From assembly GCA_963662685.1 (NCBI GenBank), contig OY759745.1, positions 2,777,236-2,841,235 of the forward strand: DNA of 64,000 bases, in the 5' to 3' direction. Shown here piece by piece: positions 20,203 through 30,620 of this stretch. Positions within the stretch are counted from its first letter, which is position 1; the number at the start of each line of letters is the position of its first letter. Under the pieces are notes generated by a model, which saw nothing but the letters and a program-made list of their open reading frames with translations, did no database searches and had not been told where the DNA came from. The translations under genes were made by a program, and so were the position numbers. The DNA comes from Bacteroidales bacterium. GTDB taxonomy: Bacteria; Bacteroidota; Bacteroidia; Bacteroidales; VadinHA17.

Positions 20203-21453
20203 TTAACCCAACACGGAAAAATCTGCCATCTCATGGGGATACAGATCATTATCAAGCTTGTGCTTCAATTCTTTGAAAGCATTTATGGTATATTCCACGT
20301 CTTCCAGGGAATGGACAGCTGTAGGTATTATTCTGAGCATAACTACATCCTTGGGAACAACAGGATATATTACCGTCGAGCAGAAAAGGCCAAAATTTTC
20401 TCTTAAATCGAATACCAGTTGAGTTACCACTTCAAGAGAGCACTTCATAAATACAGGGGTCACCGGTGATGCGGTATTTCCTATATCCAGTCCGGCATCA
20501 CGGAATCCCTTCTGTAAAGCATTAACAATAGTCCATAGTTTCTCCCTGATTTCAGGGTGTTCTTTAATATATTCAAGTCTTTTTATCGCACCTATCGTCA
20601 TAGCTACCGGCAACGATTTAGCGTATATCTGCGACCTGAGATTATGTCTGAGATAGTCTACAACTTCTTTTGATGAAGCGATGAAGCCACCAATTCCGGC
20701 CATCGATTTGGCGAATGTGGCGAAGTAGATATCCACCTTATCCTGAACCCCAAAATGTTCGTCGGTGCCGGCACCAGTAGGTCCCATAGTACCAAAGCCG
20801 TGAGCATCATCTATAAGAAACCGGAAATTATACTTATCCTTATATGCGGCTATTTTGTCGAGCATACCCAAATCACCTGCCATACCGAACACACCTTCAG
20901 TGATTACCAGGATACCGCCACCTGTCTGTTCGGCAACCTTCTGTGCATGATCCAGTTGCTTTTCAAAACTCTCGATATCGTTGTGTTTAAACATAAATCT
21001 TTTTCCGATATGCAATCTCATACCATCCATAATACAGGCATGAGCTTCAGAGTCGTATACTATAACATCACGTCTATCGGTAAGAGCGTCAATCATTGAT
21101 ACCATACCCTGATAACCAAAATTCACCAGATACGCCGACTCTTTGCCAACAAACTCCGCTGCCATAGCCTCGAACTTCTCGTGCAACGTGGTCTGACCCG
21201 ACATCATTCTGGCTCCCATCGGATAAGCCAGTCCATATTCTTTAGCGGCCCGGGCATCAGCTTCTCTTATCTCAGGATTATTAGCCAAACCCAGATAGTT
21301 ATTCAGACTCCAGGTCAATACCTCCTTGCCCATAAACTTCATCCTGGGTTTTATCTCTCCTTCAAGTTTTGGAAACATGAAATAACCATCGGCTATCTGG
21401 GCATACTGGCCCAAAGCCCCTTTGTTTTTCTTAATCTTATCAAAAATATCCAT
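20203..21453 (-). CDS. Alpha-oxoamine synthase family PLP enzyme (Kbl/BioF/serine-palmitoyltransferase-like)
   Basis: 416 aa with WSLNNYLGLANNPE, DDAHGFG and the PLP-lysine region FATFAKSMAGIGG. The substrate cannot be assigned from the sequence alone. Confidence 0.8.
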   Translation of the reverse strand: MDIFDKIKKNKGALGQYAQIADGYFMFPKLEGEIKPRMKFMGKEVLTWSLNNYLGLANNPEIREADARAAKEYGLAYPMGARMMSGQTTLHEKFEAMAAEFVGKESAYLVNFGYQGMVSMIDALTDRRDVIVYDSEAHACIMDGMRLHIGKRFMFKHNDIESFEKQLDHAQKVAEQTGGGILVITEGVFGMAGDLGMLDKIAAYKDKYNFRFLIDDAHGFGTMGPTGAGTDEHFGVQDKVDIYFATFAKSMAGIGGFIASSKEVVDYLRHNLRSQIYAKSLPVAMTIGAIKRLEYIKEHPEIREKLWTIVNALQKGFRDAGLDIGNTASPVTPVFMKCSLEVVTQLVFDLRENFGLFCSTVIYPVVPKDVVMLRIIPTAVHSLEDVEYTINAFKELKHKLDNDLYPHEMADFSVLG

Positions 21454-21475
21454 AGTCGTATTGTTAAAAACTGCA

Positions 21476-21483
21476 CAAATTTA
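21476..21483 (-). promoter_or_regulatory. Candidate -7 element (TAnnTTTG) for the alpha-oxoamine synthase gene
   Basis: The minus strand reads TAAATTTG, 23 nt upstream of the ATG at 21453. Confidence 0.35.
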
Positions 21484-21674
21484 GATTTTGAGATCGTTTT
21501 ACTCATACCTATTTATACCTAAATTATTGTTAAATCCACGAATAAAACAAAGAAATCGCCGTTATATAATCACATTATAAAACATAATACATGAGAATAT
21601 TGTCTATAAAATAACAAGAAATAATAAACAGATGAATATAGATCATTTAATTTTCAACAGACAAAAAAATATTA

Positions 21675-21682
21675 TACCTTTG
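21675..21682 (+). promoter_or_regulatory. Candidate -7 element (TAnnTTTG) for bamD
   Basis: TACCTTTG lies 16 nt upstream of the ATG at 21698. Confidence 0.35.
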
Positions 21683-21697
21683 CGCAACATTTTAAAC

Positions 21698-22522
21698 ATG
21701 AGACATTACACCGTCATATTCTTGCTATTTCTGTCACTTCTAACGTCGTGCGGCGATTATGCCAAATTGATTAAAGGAAATGATTATGAACTTAAATGGG
21801 CTACCGCTAAGCAGTTCTATGAAGAGGGTAAATATGTCAGGTGCACGGAACTGCTGGAGCAGGTGGTGCCCAGATACAGGTTTACTGATGATTCTGAAGA
21901 GATGGCGTGGATATATGCGAACTGCTTTTATAAGATGAGAGATTATTATTCCGCTATAACCGCGTTCCAGAATTTTTACGATACATATCAATATGGTACT
22001 TATGCCGAGGAGGCATATTATTACATAGCTATGTGCGATTATATACTCTCTCCCAGACCTGAACTGGATCAGCAGTACACTGGTTCGGCTATTGACGGCT
22101 TTTCTTTTTTTGTGACCAAGTATCCCACAAGTCCCAGGGTTGACGAATGTAACGCCAAAATACAGGAACTTGAGGATAAGCTTGCGGAGAAATCCTATAT
22201 AAGTGCCAAACTATATTATGATATGGATCAATATAAGGCGGCCATTGTAGCGTTGACAAACAGCCTAAACACCTACTCCGATTCAAAATTCAGGGAAGAG
22301 ATGATGTTTTTAAAACTCAATTCCCTTTACAAATATGCCGTGAATAGTGTTCCGGAACGTCAGCAGGAAAGATATCAGGAGGCATTTGATGAATATTTCT
22401 CGTTTGCCGAGGAATTTCCCGAAAGTGGTTATTCAAGAGAAACAAGAAAGATTTATCAATCATCCGCTAAATTTCTAAATATTGAGATAAAAGATACGGA
22501 AAATATAAGTGATATTCAATAA
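21698..22522 (+). CDS. bamD: Outer membrane protein assembly factor BamD (TPR lipoprotein)
   Basis: The internal ATG at 21698 gives MRHYTVIFLLFLSLLTSCGD, a lipoprotein signal with lipobox Cys. The body is TPR-like and the bamD-rpoZ-coaBC order is conserved. Confidence 0.8.
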   Translation: MRHYTVIFLLFLSLLTSCGDYAKLIKGNDYELKWATAKQFYEEGKYVRCTELLEQVVPRYRFTDDSEEMAWIYANCFYKMRDYYSAITAFQNFYDTYQYGTYAEEAYYYIAMCDYILSPRPELDQQYTGSAIDGFSFFVTKYPTSPRVDECNAKIQELEDKLAEKSYISAKLYYDMDQYKAAIVALTNSLNTYSDSKFREEMMFLKLNSLYKYAVNSVPERQQERYQEAFDEYFSFAEEFPESGYSRETRKIYQSSAKFLNIEIKDTENISDIQ

Positions 22523-22528
22523 TTAAAT

Positions 22529-22855
22529 ATGGACTATAGAAAATCAAACGCCCCCACAAGTACGGTTACCCGTGATTTGGATCTCATGATAAAAGATACG
22601 GGCAATGTTTACGAAACAGTTATAATAGTCGCTCGCAGAGCCAACCAGATCGCGGTTGAGATGAAACAGGAACTCAATAAGAAACTTGAAGAGTTCGCTT
22701 CGTACAGTGATAATCTTGAAGAGGTTTTTGAAAACCGTGAGCAGATAGAGATATCAAAATTTTACGAAAAGCTGCCTAAGCCTACACTCATCGCCCTTCA
22801 GGAATGGGAAGATGACAAGGTATTTTTCAGGAATCCGGACAGTTCCTCGAAATAG
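22529..22855 (+). CDS. rpoZ: DNA-directed RNA polymerase subunit omega (Bacteroidota long form)
   Basis: 108 aa with NVYETVIIVARRANQI. Position between bamD and coaBC. Confidence 0.7.
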   Translation: MDYRKSNAPTSTVTRDLDLMIKDTGNVYETVIIVARRANQIAVEMKQELNKKLEEFASYSDNLEEVFENREQIEISKFYEKLPKPTLIALQEWEDDKVFFRNPDSSSK

Positions 22856-22876
22856 AACAACAAAATCAGCATAACT

Positions 22877-24079
22877 ATGCTGGAAAACAAAAACATACTT
22901 ATTGGGGTAACCGGAGGTATTGCGGCCTACAAAACCGCTAATATCATCCGGTTATTCGTTAAAGAGGGTGCAAACGTAAAAGTGGTGATGACAGAACATG
23001 CAAAAAAGTTCATTACTCCGCTTACTCTTGCCACCTTATCAAAAAATCCAGTAGTATCAGAATTTTACAATCCAGAAAACGGCGATTGGAACAGCCATGT
23101 CAGCCTTGGTCTTTGGTCCGATCTCTTTCTTATTGCTCCGGCAACCGCCAACACTATCGCCAAAATGGCTAATGGCATAGCAGATAATCTTCTGCTGACC
23201 ACATATCTGTCAGCTAAATGTCCTGTATTTGTCGCTCCCACAATGGATCTCGACATGTTCAACCATCCAACGACACAAAAGAATATAAACACGTTGGTAT
23301 CATTTGGCAATCATATAATGGAACCTGAAGAGGGCGAACTGGCAAGCGGGCTGTCAGGAAAGGGCAGAATGGCCGAACCAGAAACCATAGTAGAAGAAAT
23401 CAAACGTTTTTTCTCAAAAAAAAAACTTAATAAGGTAACTGGAAAAAAACTGTTGATCAATGCGGGCCCCACAAGAGAAGCAATTGACCCGGTCCGTTAT
23501 ATCAGCAACCATTCTACCGGTAAAATGGGAATAGCCATAGCCGCCGCCGCCGCGGACTCCGGCTTCGATGTTACACTGATCGTTGGACCGGTAAACATAG
23601 TCCCCAAAAACAGTTCCATCAAAATTATCAACGTAGTTTCCGCGAAAGAGATGACGGAACAATGTCTCAAAAAGTTCCCTGAAAGCGACGTGGCTATACT
23701 TGCCGCAGCAGTGGCAGATTTTACTCCATCGGATTACAGAAACCAGAAAATTAAGAGTAACGGAAAAGGATTATCTTTAAACCTGATCCCCACGGCTGAT
23801 ATAGCCGGAAGTCTGGGCAAAATAAAAAAGGAGAGCCAGATACTCGTTGGTTTCGCACTTGAAACTGAGAACGAAGTCTCAAACGCTAAAAAGAAATTAT
23901 TAAAAAAGAATCTGGATCTAATTATACTGAATTCCCTGAACGACGAAGAAGCGGGATTTGGCTTTGATACCAACAAAATAACTATAATAGACAAATACGA
24001 CAAAATTGATATATTTGGGTTAAAAAGCAAAGATCAGGTCGCTAAGGATATAATCGACAAGGTAGTTTCCATGATTTAA
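22877..24079 (+). CDS. coaBC: Bifunctional phosphopantothenoylcysteine decarboxylase / phosphopantothenate-cysteine ligase
   Basis: 400 aa with ILIGVTGGIAAYK, the flavoprotein half APATANTIAKMANGIADNLL and the ligase half GPTREAIDPVRYISNHSTGKMG. Confidence 0.92.
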   Translation: MLENKNILIGVTGGIAAYKTANIIRLFVKEGANVKVVMTEHAKKFITPLTLATLSKNPVVSEFYNPENGDWNSHVSLGLWSDLFLIAPATANTIAKMANGIADNLLLTTYLSAKCPVFVAPTMDLDMFNHPTTQKNINTLVSFGNHIMEPEEGELASGLSGKGRMAEPETIVEEIKRFFSKKKLNKVTGKKLLINAGPTREAIDPVRYISNHSTGKMGIAIAAAAADSGFDVTLIVGPVNIVPKNSSIKIINVVSAKEMTEQCLKKFPESDVAILAAAVADFTPSDYRNQKIKSNGKGLSLNLIPTADIAGSLGKIKKESQILVGFALETENEVSNAKKKLLKKNLDLIILNSLNDEEAGFGFDTNKITIIDKYDKIDIFGLKSKDQVAKDIIDKVVSMI

Positions 24080-24089
24080 CCGCATAATT

Positions 24090-25013
24090 ATGAAGAGTAT
24101 AGTCAGGATATTAATTTCACTCATACTGGCGTTGTTTCCCACAATGGCTGTATTACAAGGGCAGGAACTTCAGTGCAACGTACAGGTAACCGCACAACGT
24201 ATTCAGGGTTCAAACAGAACTCTCTTCCAGAATATGCAAAGTGACATATACGACTTCATGAACAACACCACATGGACCAATAACCTTTTTACATATAACG
24301 AGAGAATAGAATGTAACCTGATATTTACGTTAACCGACCAGACCTCTGATGAGTTTAGTGGAACGCTCCAGGTTCAACTGAAAAGGCCGGTCTATAATAC
24401 TACCTACAACTCTACAGTACTAAATTTCATAGACAACAATATCAGGTTCAGATATGTAGAATTCCAGCCACTTGAATTTGATCCATCAACGTACCGGTCG
24501 AGTCTGGTTTCTATTCTTGCCTATTATGCCTATATGATGATTGGTTTCGATTACGATACCTTCTCTCCTCTGGGCGGCACGGAATATTTTAACCTGGCCG
24601 ATAAAATTGTTTCCAATGCCCAAAGCGCTCCTGAAGCGGGATGGAAACCATACGACGGCTCAAGAAATAAAAACAGGTACTGGCTTGTAAAAAATGTTCT
24701 CGATAAAGACTATGAAGATGTCAGGTTATTTCTCTACCAATACCATCGTAACGGACTCGACTTTATGGAATCCAGAACCGCTGAAGCGCGAACATCTATC
24801 GCCGAAAGTCTTAAACTTGTTCAACAGGTATACCGGAAACAACCCGACCCTTATCTCTACTTGTTAGCATTGGTAACCGAAGCTAAAGTTGATGAGTTCG
24901 TGAATATTTTTTCAGAATCGTTTCCAGACGAGAAAAGCAGGGCAGTTGAGATACTTATAGAGATAGATGCCTCAAACAGAACAAAATACGAGAAGATTTT
25001 AACCGCATCATAG
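24090..25013 (+). CDS. DUF4835-family protein (PorD-like, T9SS-associated in some annotations)
   Basis: 307 aa with a signal peptide. The position between coaBC and recN is conserved in Bacteroidota. Family recalled from synteny and sequence pattern. Confidence 0.6.
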   Translation: MKSIVRILISLILALFPTMAVLQGQELQCNVQVTAQRIQGSNRTLFQNMQSDIYDFMNNTTWTNNLFTYNERIECNLIFTLTDQTSDEFSGTLQVQLKRPVYNTTYNSTVLNFIDNNIRFRYVEFQPLEFDPSTYRSSLVSILAYYAYMMIGFDYDTFSPLGGTEYFNLADKIVSNAQSAPEAGWKPYDGSRNKNRYWLVKNVLDKDYEDVRLFLYQYHRNGLDFMESRTAEARTSIAESLKLVQQVYRKQPDPYLYLLALVTEAKVDEFVNIFSESFPDEKSRAVEILIEIDASNRTKYEKILTAS

Positions 25014-25029
25014 AAAGCTGAGAAAGGTT

Positions 25030-26703
25030 ATGCTCACAAAACTTTTTGTCAAAAATTATGCCCTGATAGACGAACTTGACATCGACTTTGGAATCGGGCT
25101 TACAATAATCACCGGAGAAACAGGAGCAGGCAAATCAATCCTGCTTGGAGCATTATCGTTAGTGTTGGGAAATCGTGCGGACACTGCGGTACTCCTGAAA
25201 AAAACGGAGAAATGTATAGTCGAAGCGACATTTGATATCAACGGCTACGGTTTGGGCGGTTTTTTCGCGAAATATGAAATTGACTATTCGGATCTCTCCA
25301 TCATTAGAAGAGAGATCAATCCTGTTGGCAAATCTAGAGCATTTATCAATGATACTCCAGTGAACCTTAACCAGATCAAAGAGCTAGGCGACAAGCTGAT
25401 AGATATACACTCACAACATCAGACCCTAATGCTCAATGAAAATATGTTCCAGTTATCAGTATTGGATTCATTCTCCAATACAGCTAAACTAAGGGATGAT
25501 TATATTAATGTATACAGAGCTTACAAGGCCGAACAAAAGGAATTCGAAAGCCTGAAGGAAAATTATGACAAGAACAGGGCCGATTTTGAATATTACTCAT
25601 TTCAAATAGAACAACTTGATAATTCCAAACTTGTTGCCGGAGAGTTGGAAGATCTGGAAAAAGAACAGGAACAACTCACACATGCCGAGGAGATAAAAAC
25701 TGCGCTTATTATGGCGTCTGATCTGCTTATGGCTGATAACGCCCCATCCATACTGGGAATGATTAAAGAGTCAAAAAATTATCTTTCCAGGATAGCGGAA
25801 TACCTTGACAATGGAAAAGAGCTTGTAAGTCGTACCGAATCAGCATATATCGAACTTGACGACATTTCATCCACAATAACCAGGATAGCGGAGAACACTG
25901 AAGCGGATCCTGAAAGGCTTACACTTATTAAAGAAAGAATCGATCTTCTGTTGTCCCTGATGCAGAAACACCGGGTTAATAATATTGATGAGCTGACAGC
26001 AAAGACAGAAGAGATCAGGGGCATTGTCAAACAGTTGGTTACAAGTGACGACAGGATTCTTGAACTTGAGTCTTCTTTAACAAAAAAGACAAAAATATTG
26101 GAAAAACTGGCCGCTGATATCTCGAATTCGCGAAGAGCAGCCTTACCAAATGTTGAGCATGAGGTTACGGAACAACTAAAAAATCTTGGCATGCCCAATG
26201 CCAGATTCCTGGTTGAACTTGTGGATACAGAAGACTTTACTCCATCAGGCAGGAATAGGGCTGAATTTCTGTTCTCAGCCAATAAACAAATCAGGCCCGA
26301 GAACCTGGCAAGAACAGCATCCGGAGGAGAACTGTCGCGTGTTATGCTAAGTCTGAAATCCTTCCTTTCCAGAAATTCGGGATTACCTACTATTATTTTT
26401 GACGAAATTGATTCCGGCGTTTCTGGTGAAGTAGCCGACAAGGTTGGTGTCATTCTAAGCGGCATGGGAAAATATATGCAGGTTATAAACATAACCCACC
26501 TGCCACAGGTAGCCGCCAGAGGGAATGCCCACTATCACGTCTATAAAGATGATACCGGAGATTCTACGGTTACCAGGATCAGACTATTATCAGATAAAGA
26601 ACGGACTATCGAAATAGCCCGTCTTCTTAGCGGCAGTGGGATCACAGAGGCCGCTATATCAAATGCAATGGAACTGATCGCCAACAGTCAGGAGATCAAT
26701 TAA
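25030..26703 (+). CDS. recN: DNA repair protein RecN
   Basis: 557 aa with Walker A GETGAGKSI, a long coiled coil, the signature ASGGELSRVMLSLK and Walker B IIFDEIDSGVSG. Confidence 0.92.
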   Translation: MLTKLFVKNYALIDELDIDFGIGLTIITGETGAGKSILLGALSLVLGNRADTAVLLKKTEKCIVEATFDINGYGLGGFFAKYEIDYSDLSIIRREINPVGKSRAFINDTPVNLNQIKELGDKLIDIHSQHQTLMLNENMFQLSVLDSFSNTAKLRDDYINVYRAYKAEQKEFESLKENYDKNRADFEYYSFQIEQLDNSKLVAGELEDLEKEQEQLTHAEEIKTALIMASDLLMADNAPSILGMIKESKNYLSRIAEYLDNGKELVSRTESAYIELDDISSTITRIAENTEADPERLTLIKERIDLLLSLMQKHRVNNIDELTAKTEEIRGIVKQLVTSDDRILELESSLTKKTKILEKLAADISNSRRAALPNVEHEVTEQLKNLGMPNARFLVELVDTEDFTPSGRNRAEFLFSANKQIRPENLARTASGGELSRVMLSLKSFLSRNSGLPTIIFDEIDSGVSGEVADKVGVILSGMGKYMQVINITHLPQVAARGNAHYHVYKDDTGDSTVTRIRLLSDKERTIEIARLLSGSGITEAAISNAMELIANSQEIN

Positions 26704-27775
26704 GTTTCACGTTACCATAAGAGATATCTATATACACTTTACCATATTGTGCTGAGGATAATGGATTTATTATACCTTCAAGTTCAGTTGACGTATTATT
26801 GACTATCTGTTTACGACGAACGAACTGTCTGTCATCAAAATCTATTTTTCCATAAGAAACCTTCGCTTCAAGTTCATAAGACGCACGTTCATCTATCATT
26901 AACTTTATTCCTGTATAAGAAGCATTAACATCAACCTGTTCAAAGCCGGCAAGAACCGATTGAGTGTTAAATGAACCGTATTTACATTCAATATCCAGTT
27001 TCTTAGCGATAGAAGCTATCTCAAAATCGGAATACCCGGAATTAACAACTATATTATTTACATTTCCAAAGATATATTTATCATATCGTGAATCTATCAC
27101 AACCGAACTTACATCATTCACGAAAACTTTGGAATATTTCGTATCAAATGCTATTGCCTGAACCTGATCAATAGAAATATCAGAAGCATATCTTCCTGTA
27201 AAATCCAGCCATCCGGCATTTATTATATCAGCCTTTCCATATGAGATACTGATATTATTTACCGGTTTGATGTTACCCCTGGACAGTCCAGAAGCAGTCA
27301 GGTCACCATATTGAATATTGGCTACGAACCTTCCATCGAGTTGGCCCACCTCAACATTTCCATATTTGTTGATAACAGACAGATCAATCCATGATGGAGC
27401 CGAAACCGTATACTTAATATCAAATTTTTTATTTGTTCTTCCCCACCCCGAAAAATTGAAATCGTTATCTATAACGGTTCTCACGGAATAGTTACCTGAA
27501 AACTCCGAAAACTCTACATCAATGTAGGAGATCAGTCTTTCAGCCCTCTCCTGATCCGGATAACTCAAAGTAACCAAAACATCAACAACAATCTTGTTGT
27601 CATCACTTGTGGTTACGATAATGTCTCCATACCTGTTGTTTAGCTCCAGGGTATTCCCCCGCTGAGCATCATATTCTTTATGAAATTCCTTACTGACTTC
27701 CTGGGAAAACAGTGAAGAAGCGGAAAGAGTCATAATGGCCAATAAGGCCAACGATTTATAAAGCAATGTTTTCAT
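26696..27775 (-). CDS. DUF4097-family beta-strand-repeat protein (putative adhesin-like)
   Basis: The preferred start at 27775 (MKTLLYKSLALLAIMTLSASSLFSQ) gives a signal peptide. The body has repetitive beta-rich segments with YG(D/N/K)(I/V) motifs. Confidence 0.6.
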   Translation of the reverse strand: MKTLLYKSLALLAIMTLSASSLFSQEVSKEFHKEYDAQRGNTLELNNRYGDIIVTTSDDNKIVVDVLVTLSYPDQERAERLISYIDVEFSEFSGNYSVRTVIDNDFNFSGWGRTNKKFDIKYTVSAPSWIDLSVINKYGNVEVGQLDGRFVANIQYGDLTASGLSRGNIKPVNNISISYGKADIINAGWLDFTGRYASDISIDQVQAIAFDTKYSKVFVNDVSSVVIDSRYDKYIFGNVNNIVVNSGYSDFEIASIAKKLDIECKYGSFNTQSVLAGFEQVDVNASYTGIKLMIDERASYELEAKVSYGKIDFDDRQFVRRKQIVNNTSTELEGIINPLSSAQYGKVYIDISYGNVKLN

Positions 27776-28328
27776 TGTTCCTTGTTTTAGTGTTTTCGTT
27801 TTCAATAGCCTTGAGTTGATCAACAATAAACGACATGATCTCAACCTTGGTCTGATAATGTTCTATCATAGCGGATATGATCCTCTCATCGTTTGGATTC
27901 GCTTTCAACTCCCTCTCTAGCTGAAGATAAACTGAATCCATATTATTTATCTCCTCTTTAAGCATTGCACTTTCGTCTGTACCATTGAGCATATCAAAGC
28001 TCAGGATTTCGTTCTCCATCAGGTTAACCTGACGTACATAGTAATTTTCAACCTCCCTAAATTCGGGAGAGACGTCGCTCAATCTCATCCTCCTGCTTGA
28101 AGGACTAATAAAATTATCCCACGTCCACAAGGAAGAGAGAGTCACCAAGAGTGTTACAACCGCAGCCTTTAAAAGGTAGGGTACGATGCTCTTCTTTATT
28201 TTTGGAGGTACCATTCTCATCTCCAACTTGCGCCGGAACCTCTCATAGTGTCCTTCAAACGGTTCCTGATCGTCGAACAATTCCCTATTGTCTCTTATTA
28301 TCTCCTCTATCGGTTTCATACGCCACAA
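27756..28328 (-). CDS. Putative anti-sigma factor (single-pass membrane protein)
   Basis: 190 aa, directly downstream of an ECF sigma gene, with one TM (IVPYLLKAAVVTLLVTLSSLW). Assignment is by context only. Confidence 0.45.
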   Translation of the reverse strand: MWRMKPIEEIIRDNRELFDDQEPFEGHYERFRRKLEMRMVPPKIKKSIVPYLLKAAVVTLLVTLSSLWTWDNFISPSSRRMRLSDVSPEFREVENYYVRQVNLMENEILSFDMLNGTDESAMLKEEINNMDSVYLQLERELKANPNDERIISAMIEHYQTKVEIMSFIVDQLKAIENENTKTRNNENIAL

Positions 28329-28378
28329 TATTTATTTATTCTCCTCTATTCAGTAAAATGTTAAAGATCCTCTTTTTA

Positions 28379-28954
28379 CTAGTTTTCATTTTTCCGTAAT
28401 ATACTCATGAGTTTCTGTTTTGCCCGGGACAGCTGAGATCTCGACGTATTGCAACTAATATTCATAATTTCAGCGATCTCCTCATGATCATACCCTTCAA
28501 TCAGGTAGAGAGAAAGTATAACCCTGTAACCGTCTGGTAGTTTTTTTATCGCCTCTTTTACAAGCGCTACCTTTGATGCTGTCTCTTCTTCAGCCACCGG
28601 ATCAGAATATACGTTTTCGGCCAAATCAAAATGAGAATCAATATCCTCAAATATTACCTTTCTTTTGTTCAGGTAATCAAGAGATCTGTTTACAACAATC
28701 TTTTTCAACCATGCGCCGAATGCCACCGTTTCGGAATACATCTCTATTTTTTCAAAAGCTGACAAAAAAGATTCCTGCATTATGTCCTCCGCATCAGTAA
28801 CATCTCCTACAATTCTAAGACTTGTATTATACATAGCTTTATAATACAGCTTATAAATTTTAAACTGGGCTTTCTGATCCCCAAGTTTACACTCAGATAT
28901 CAGTTCCTGATGTATATTAATGAATGTGGCCTCCATATTATTCTGTTGTTCCAT
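28379..28954 (-). CDS. ECF-type RNA polymerase sigma-70 factor
   Basis: Region 2 reads DAEDIMQESFLSAFEKI...FGAWLKKIVVNRSLD. Region 4 HTH reads YLIEGYDHEEIAEIMNISCNTSRSQLSRAKQKL. The start is uncertain: the ORF is open to 29008, and M19 at 28954 is chosen. Confidence 0.85.
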   Translation of the reverse strand: MEQQNNMEATFINIHQELISECKLGDQKAQFKIYKLYYKAMYNTSLRIVGDVTDAEDIMQESFLSAFEKIEMYSETVAFGAWLKKIVVNRSLDYLNKRKVIFEDIDSHFDLAENVYSDPVAEEETASKVALVKEAIKKLPDGYRVILSLYLIEGYDHEEIAEIMNISCNTSRSQLSRAKQKLMSILRKNEN

Positions 28955-29102
28955 CTCCGGATACAGAGTTTTCTCTATTTGGCATGCCGCACCCACTGTC
29001 ATTTTCATTTATTGTCGATTCATGATAAAGACAGTGTGATTTGATTAACGTTGCACGAAATTATAATATTTTTTTCTTAATCAATATTTTATTTTGATCA
29101 CT

Positions 29103-29145
29103 GAAAAACAAAAGGCCGTAGCGCCCGTAAACATGCACTACAGCC
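29103..29145 (-). terminator. Rho-independent terminator after rocD
   Basis: Minus strand: GGCTGTAG ... CTACGGCC (8-bp stem, one mismatch) followed by TTTTGTTTTT. Confidence 0.55.
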
Positions 29146-29167
29146 TTTCTGTTTCTGCAACTAAATT

Positions 29168-30379
29168 TTATTCAAATTCCTTAAATGTCTCTTTTATTAT
29201 TCTAATTGCCTCCATAAGTTGTTCCTCTGTTATTACCAAAGGAGGAGCAAATCTGATTATATGATCGTGAGTTGGTTTGGCTATCAATCCATTTTCTTTC
29301 ATGGCCAGACATACATCCCAGGCGTATTTACCATTTTTCGGTTTTATGACAACAGCGTTCAACAGACCTTTACCTCTTACCAGTTCGATCATGTCTGAGT
29401 TTATTGATTTCATCTCTTTCCGGAATATCTCTCCCAGACGTGACGCGTTCCCGGCAAGTTTTTCGTCTCTTATAACTTCCAGTGCCGCTATAGCTACTTT
29501 CGCCGCAAGGGGATTGCCTCCAAATGTGGATCCATGCTCTCCCGGCTTGATGGTCATCATAATCTCATCATCAGCCAGAACCGCTGATATAGGCATAACG
29601 CCACCCGAAAGTGCCTTGCCAAGAATCAGAATATCAGGACGAACACCCTCGTAATCACAAGCCAGGAGCTTACCCGTACGGGCTATTCCTGTCTGAACTT
29701 CGTCGGCTATCAACAGTACATTATGTTTTTCGCACAACTCTTTCGCTTTCCTGAGATATCCTTCATCCGGAACAAATACACCAGCCTCTCCCTGTATGGG
29801 TTCCACCAGGAAACCGGCAACATCAGGATCCTGCATCGCATTGGAAAGGGCATCAAGATCATTATAAGGTATCACAATAAAACCCGGGGTGAACGGTCCG
29901 TAGTCGTTTCTGGCATCCGGATCGGTCGACATGGATATGATAGATATAGTGCGGCCATGAAAATTACCATCACAGCAAATAATCTTGGCGTTACCATCTT
30001 TGACCCCTTTCACTTTATAGGCCCATTTACGGCACAACTTGAGAGCTGTCTCGTCACCTTCAGCTCCGGAGTTCATGGGCAACACCTTGTCGTATCCAAA
30101 ATATTTCGTTATAAACTCTTCATATTCACCTAAAACTGAATTATAGAAAGCCCTGGATGTTAATGTTAGTTTTTTAGCCTGATCTACCAAAGCATTAATA
30201 ATCCTGGGATGACAATGACCCTGGTTAACCGCTGAATATGCTGAAAGAAAATCAAAATACCTTTTACCGTCTACGTCCCATACAAAAGGTCCTTCTCCCT
30301 TATCCAAAACTACCGGTAGCGGATGGTAATTATGAGCACCATATTTATCCTCCCGCATAATAAAATCCTCTGCTTTCAT
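29168..30379 (-). CDS. rocD: Ornithine--oxo-acid aminotransferase
   Basis: 403 aa with [46 protein letters not shown] and [15 protein letters not shown]. Confidence 0.88.
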   Translation of the reverse strand: MKAEDFIMREDKYGAHNYHPLPVVLDKGEGPFVWDVDGKRYFDFLSAYSAVNQGHCHPRIINALVDQAKKLTLTSRAFYNSVLGEYEEFITKYFGYDKVLPMNSGAEGDETALKLCRKWAYKVKGVKDGNAKIICCDGNFHGRTISIISMSTDPDARNDYGPFTPGFIVIPYNDLDALSNAMQDPDVAGFLVEPIQGEAGVFVPDEGYLRKAKELCEKHNVLLIADEVQTGIARTGKLLACDYEGVRPDILILGKALSGGVMPISAVLADDEIMMTIKPGEHGSTFGGNPLAAKVAIAALEVIRDEKLAGNASRLGEIFRKEMKSINSDMIELVRGKGLLNAVVIKPKNGKYAWDVCLAMKENGLIAKPTHDHIIRFAPPLVITEEQLMEAIRIIKETFKEFE

Positions 30380-30620
30380 CTGTAGAAATTTTTAATTTTA
30401 CATTAATTTATAAATTCAAATCCGACAGATAGAATCGCTCCATCCGCCGCTATCACATAAAACTCATCCATTCATCTTTATATCATTTATGAATGAAAAA
30501 CTTTATGCTAAGTTCATAATAATTCTATTTGGATCGATATAATACTAAAACAGGCGCAATTTACAAAAGAGTTTCTTTTTGTAAAAGAAAAATGAATAAT
30601 TATGCGTAAAAAATAAATAA

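Noticed and set aside
25779-26492. Long antisense ORFs inside confident genes. Examples: 237 aa inside recN; 38815..39396 inside the SPFH gene; 43321..43770 inside the porin gene; 46889..47389 opposite the IS4-like fragment; and many 60-130-aa ORFs inside other genes.
   Set aside because: They overlap strongly supported genes on the other strand. They have low-complexity or Ser/Leu/Arg-rich composition typical of antisense frames and show no motifs.
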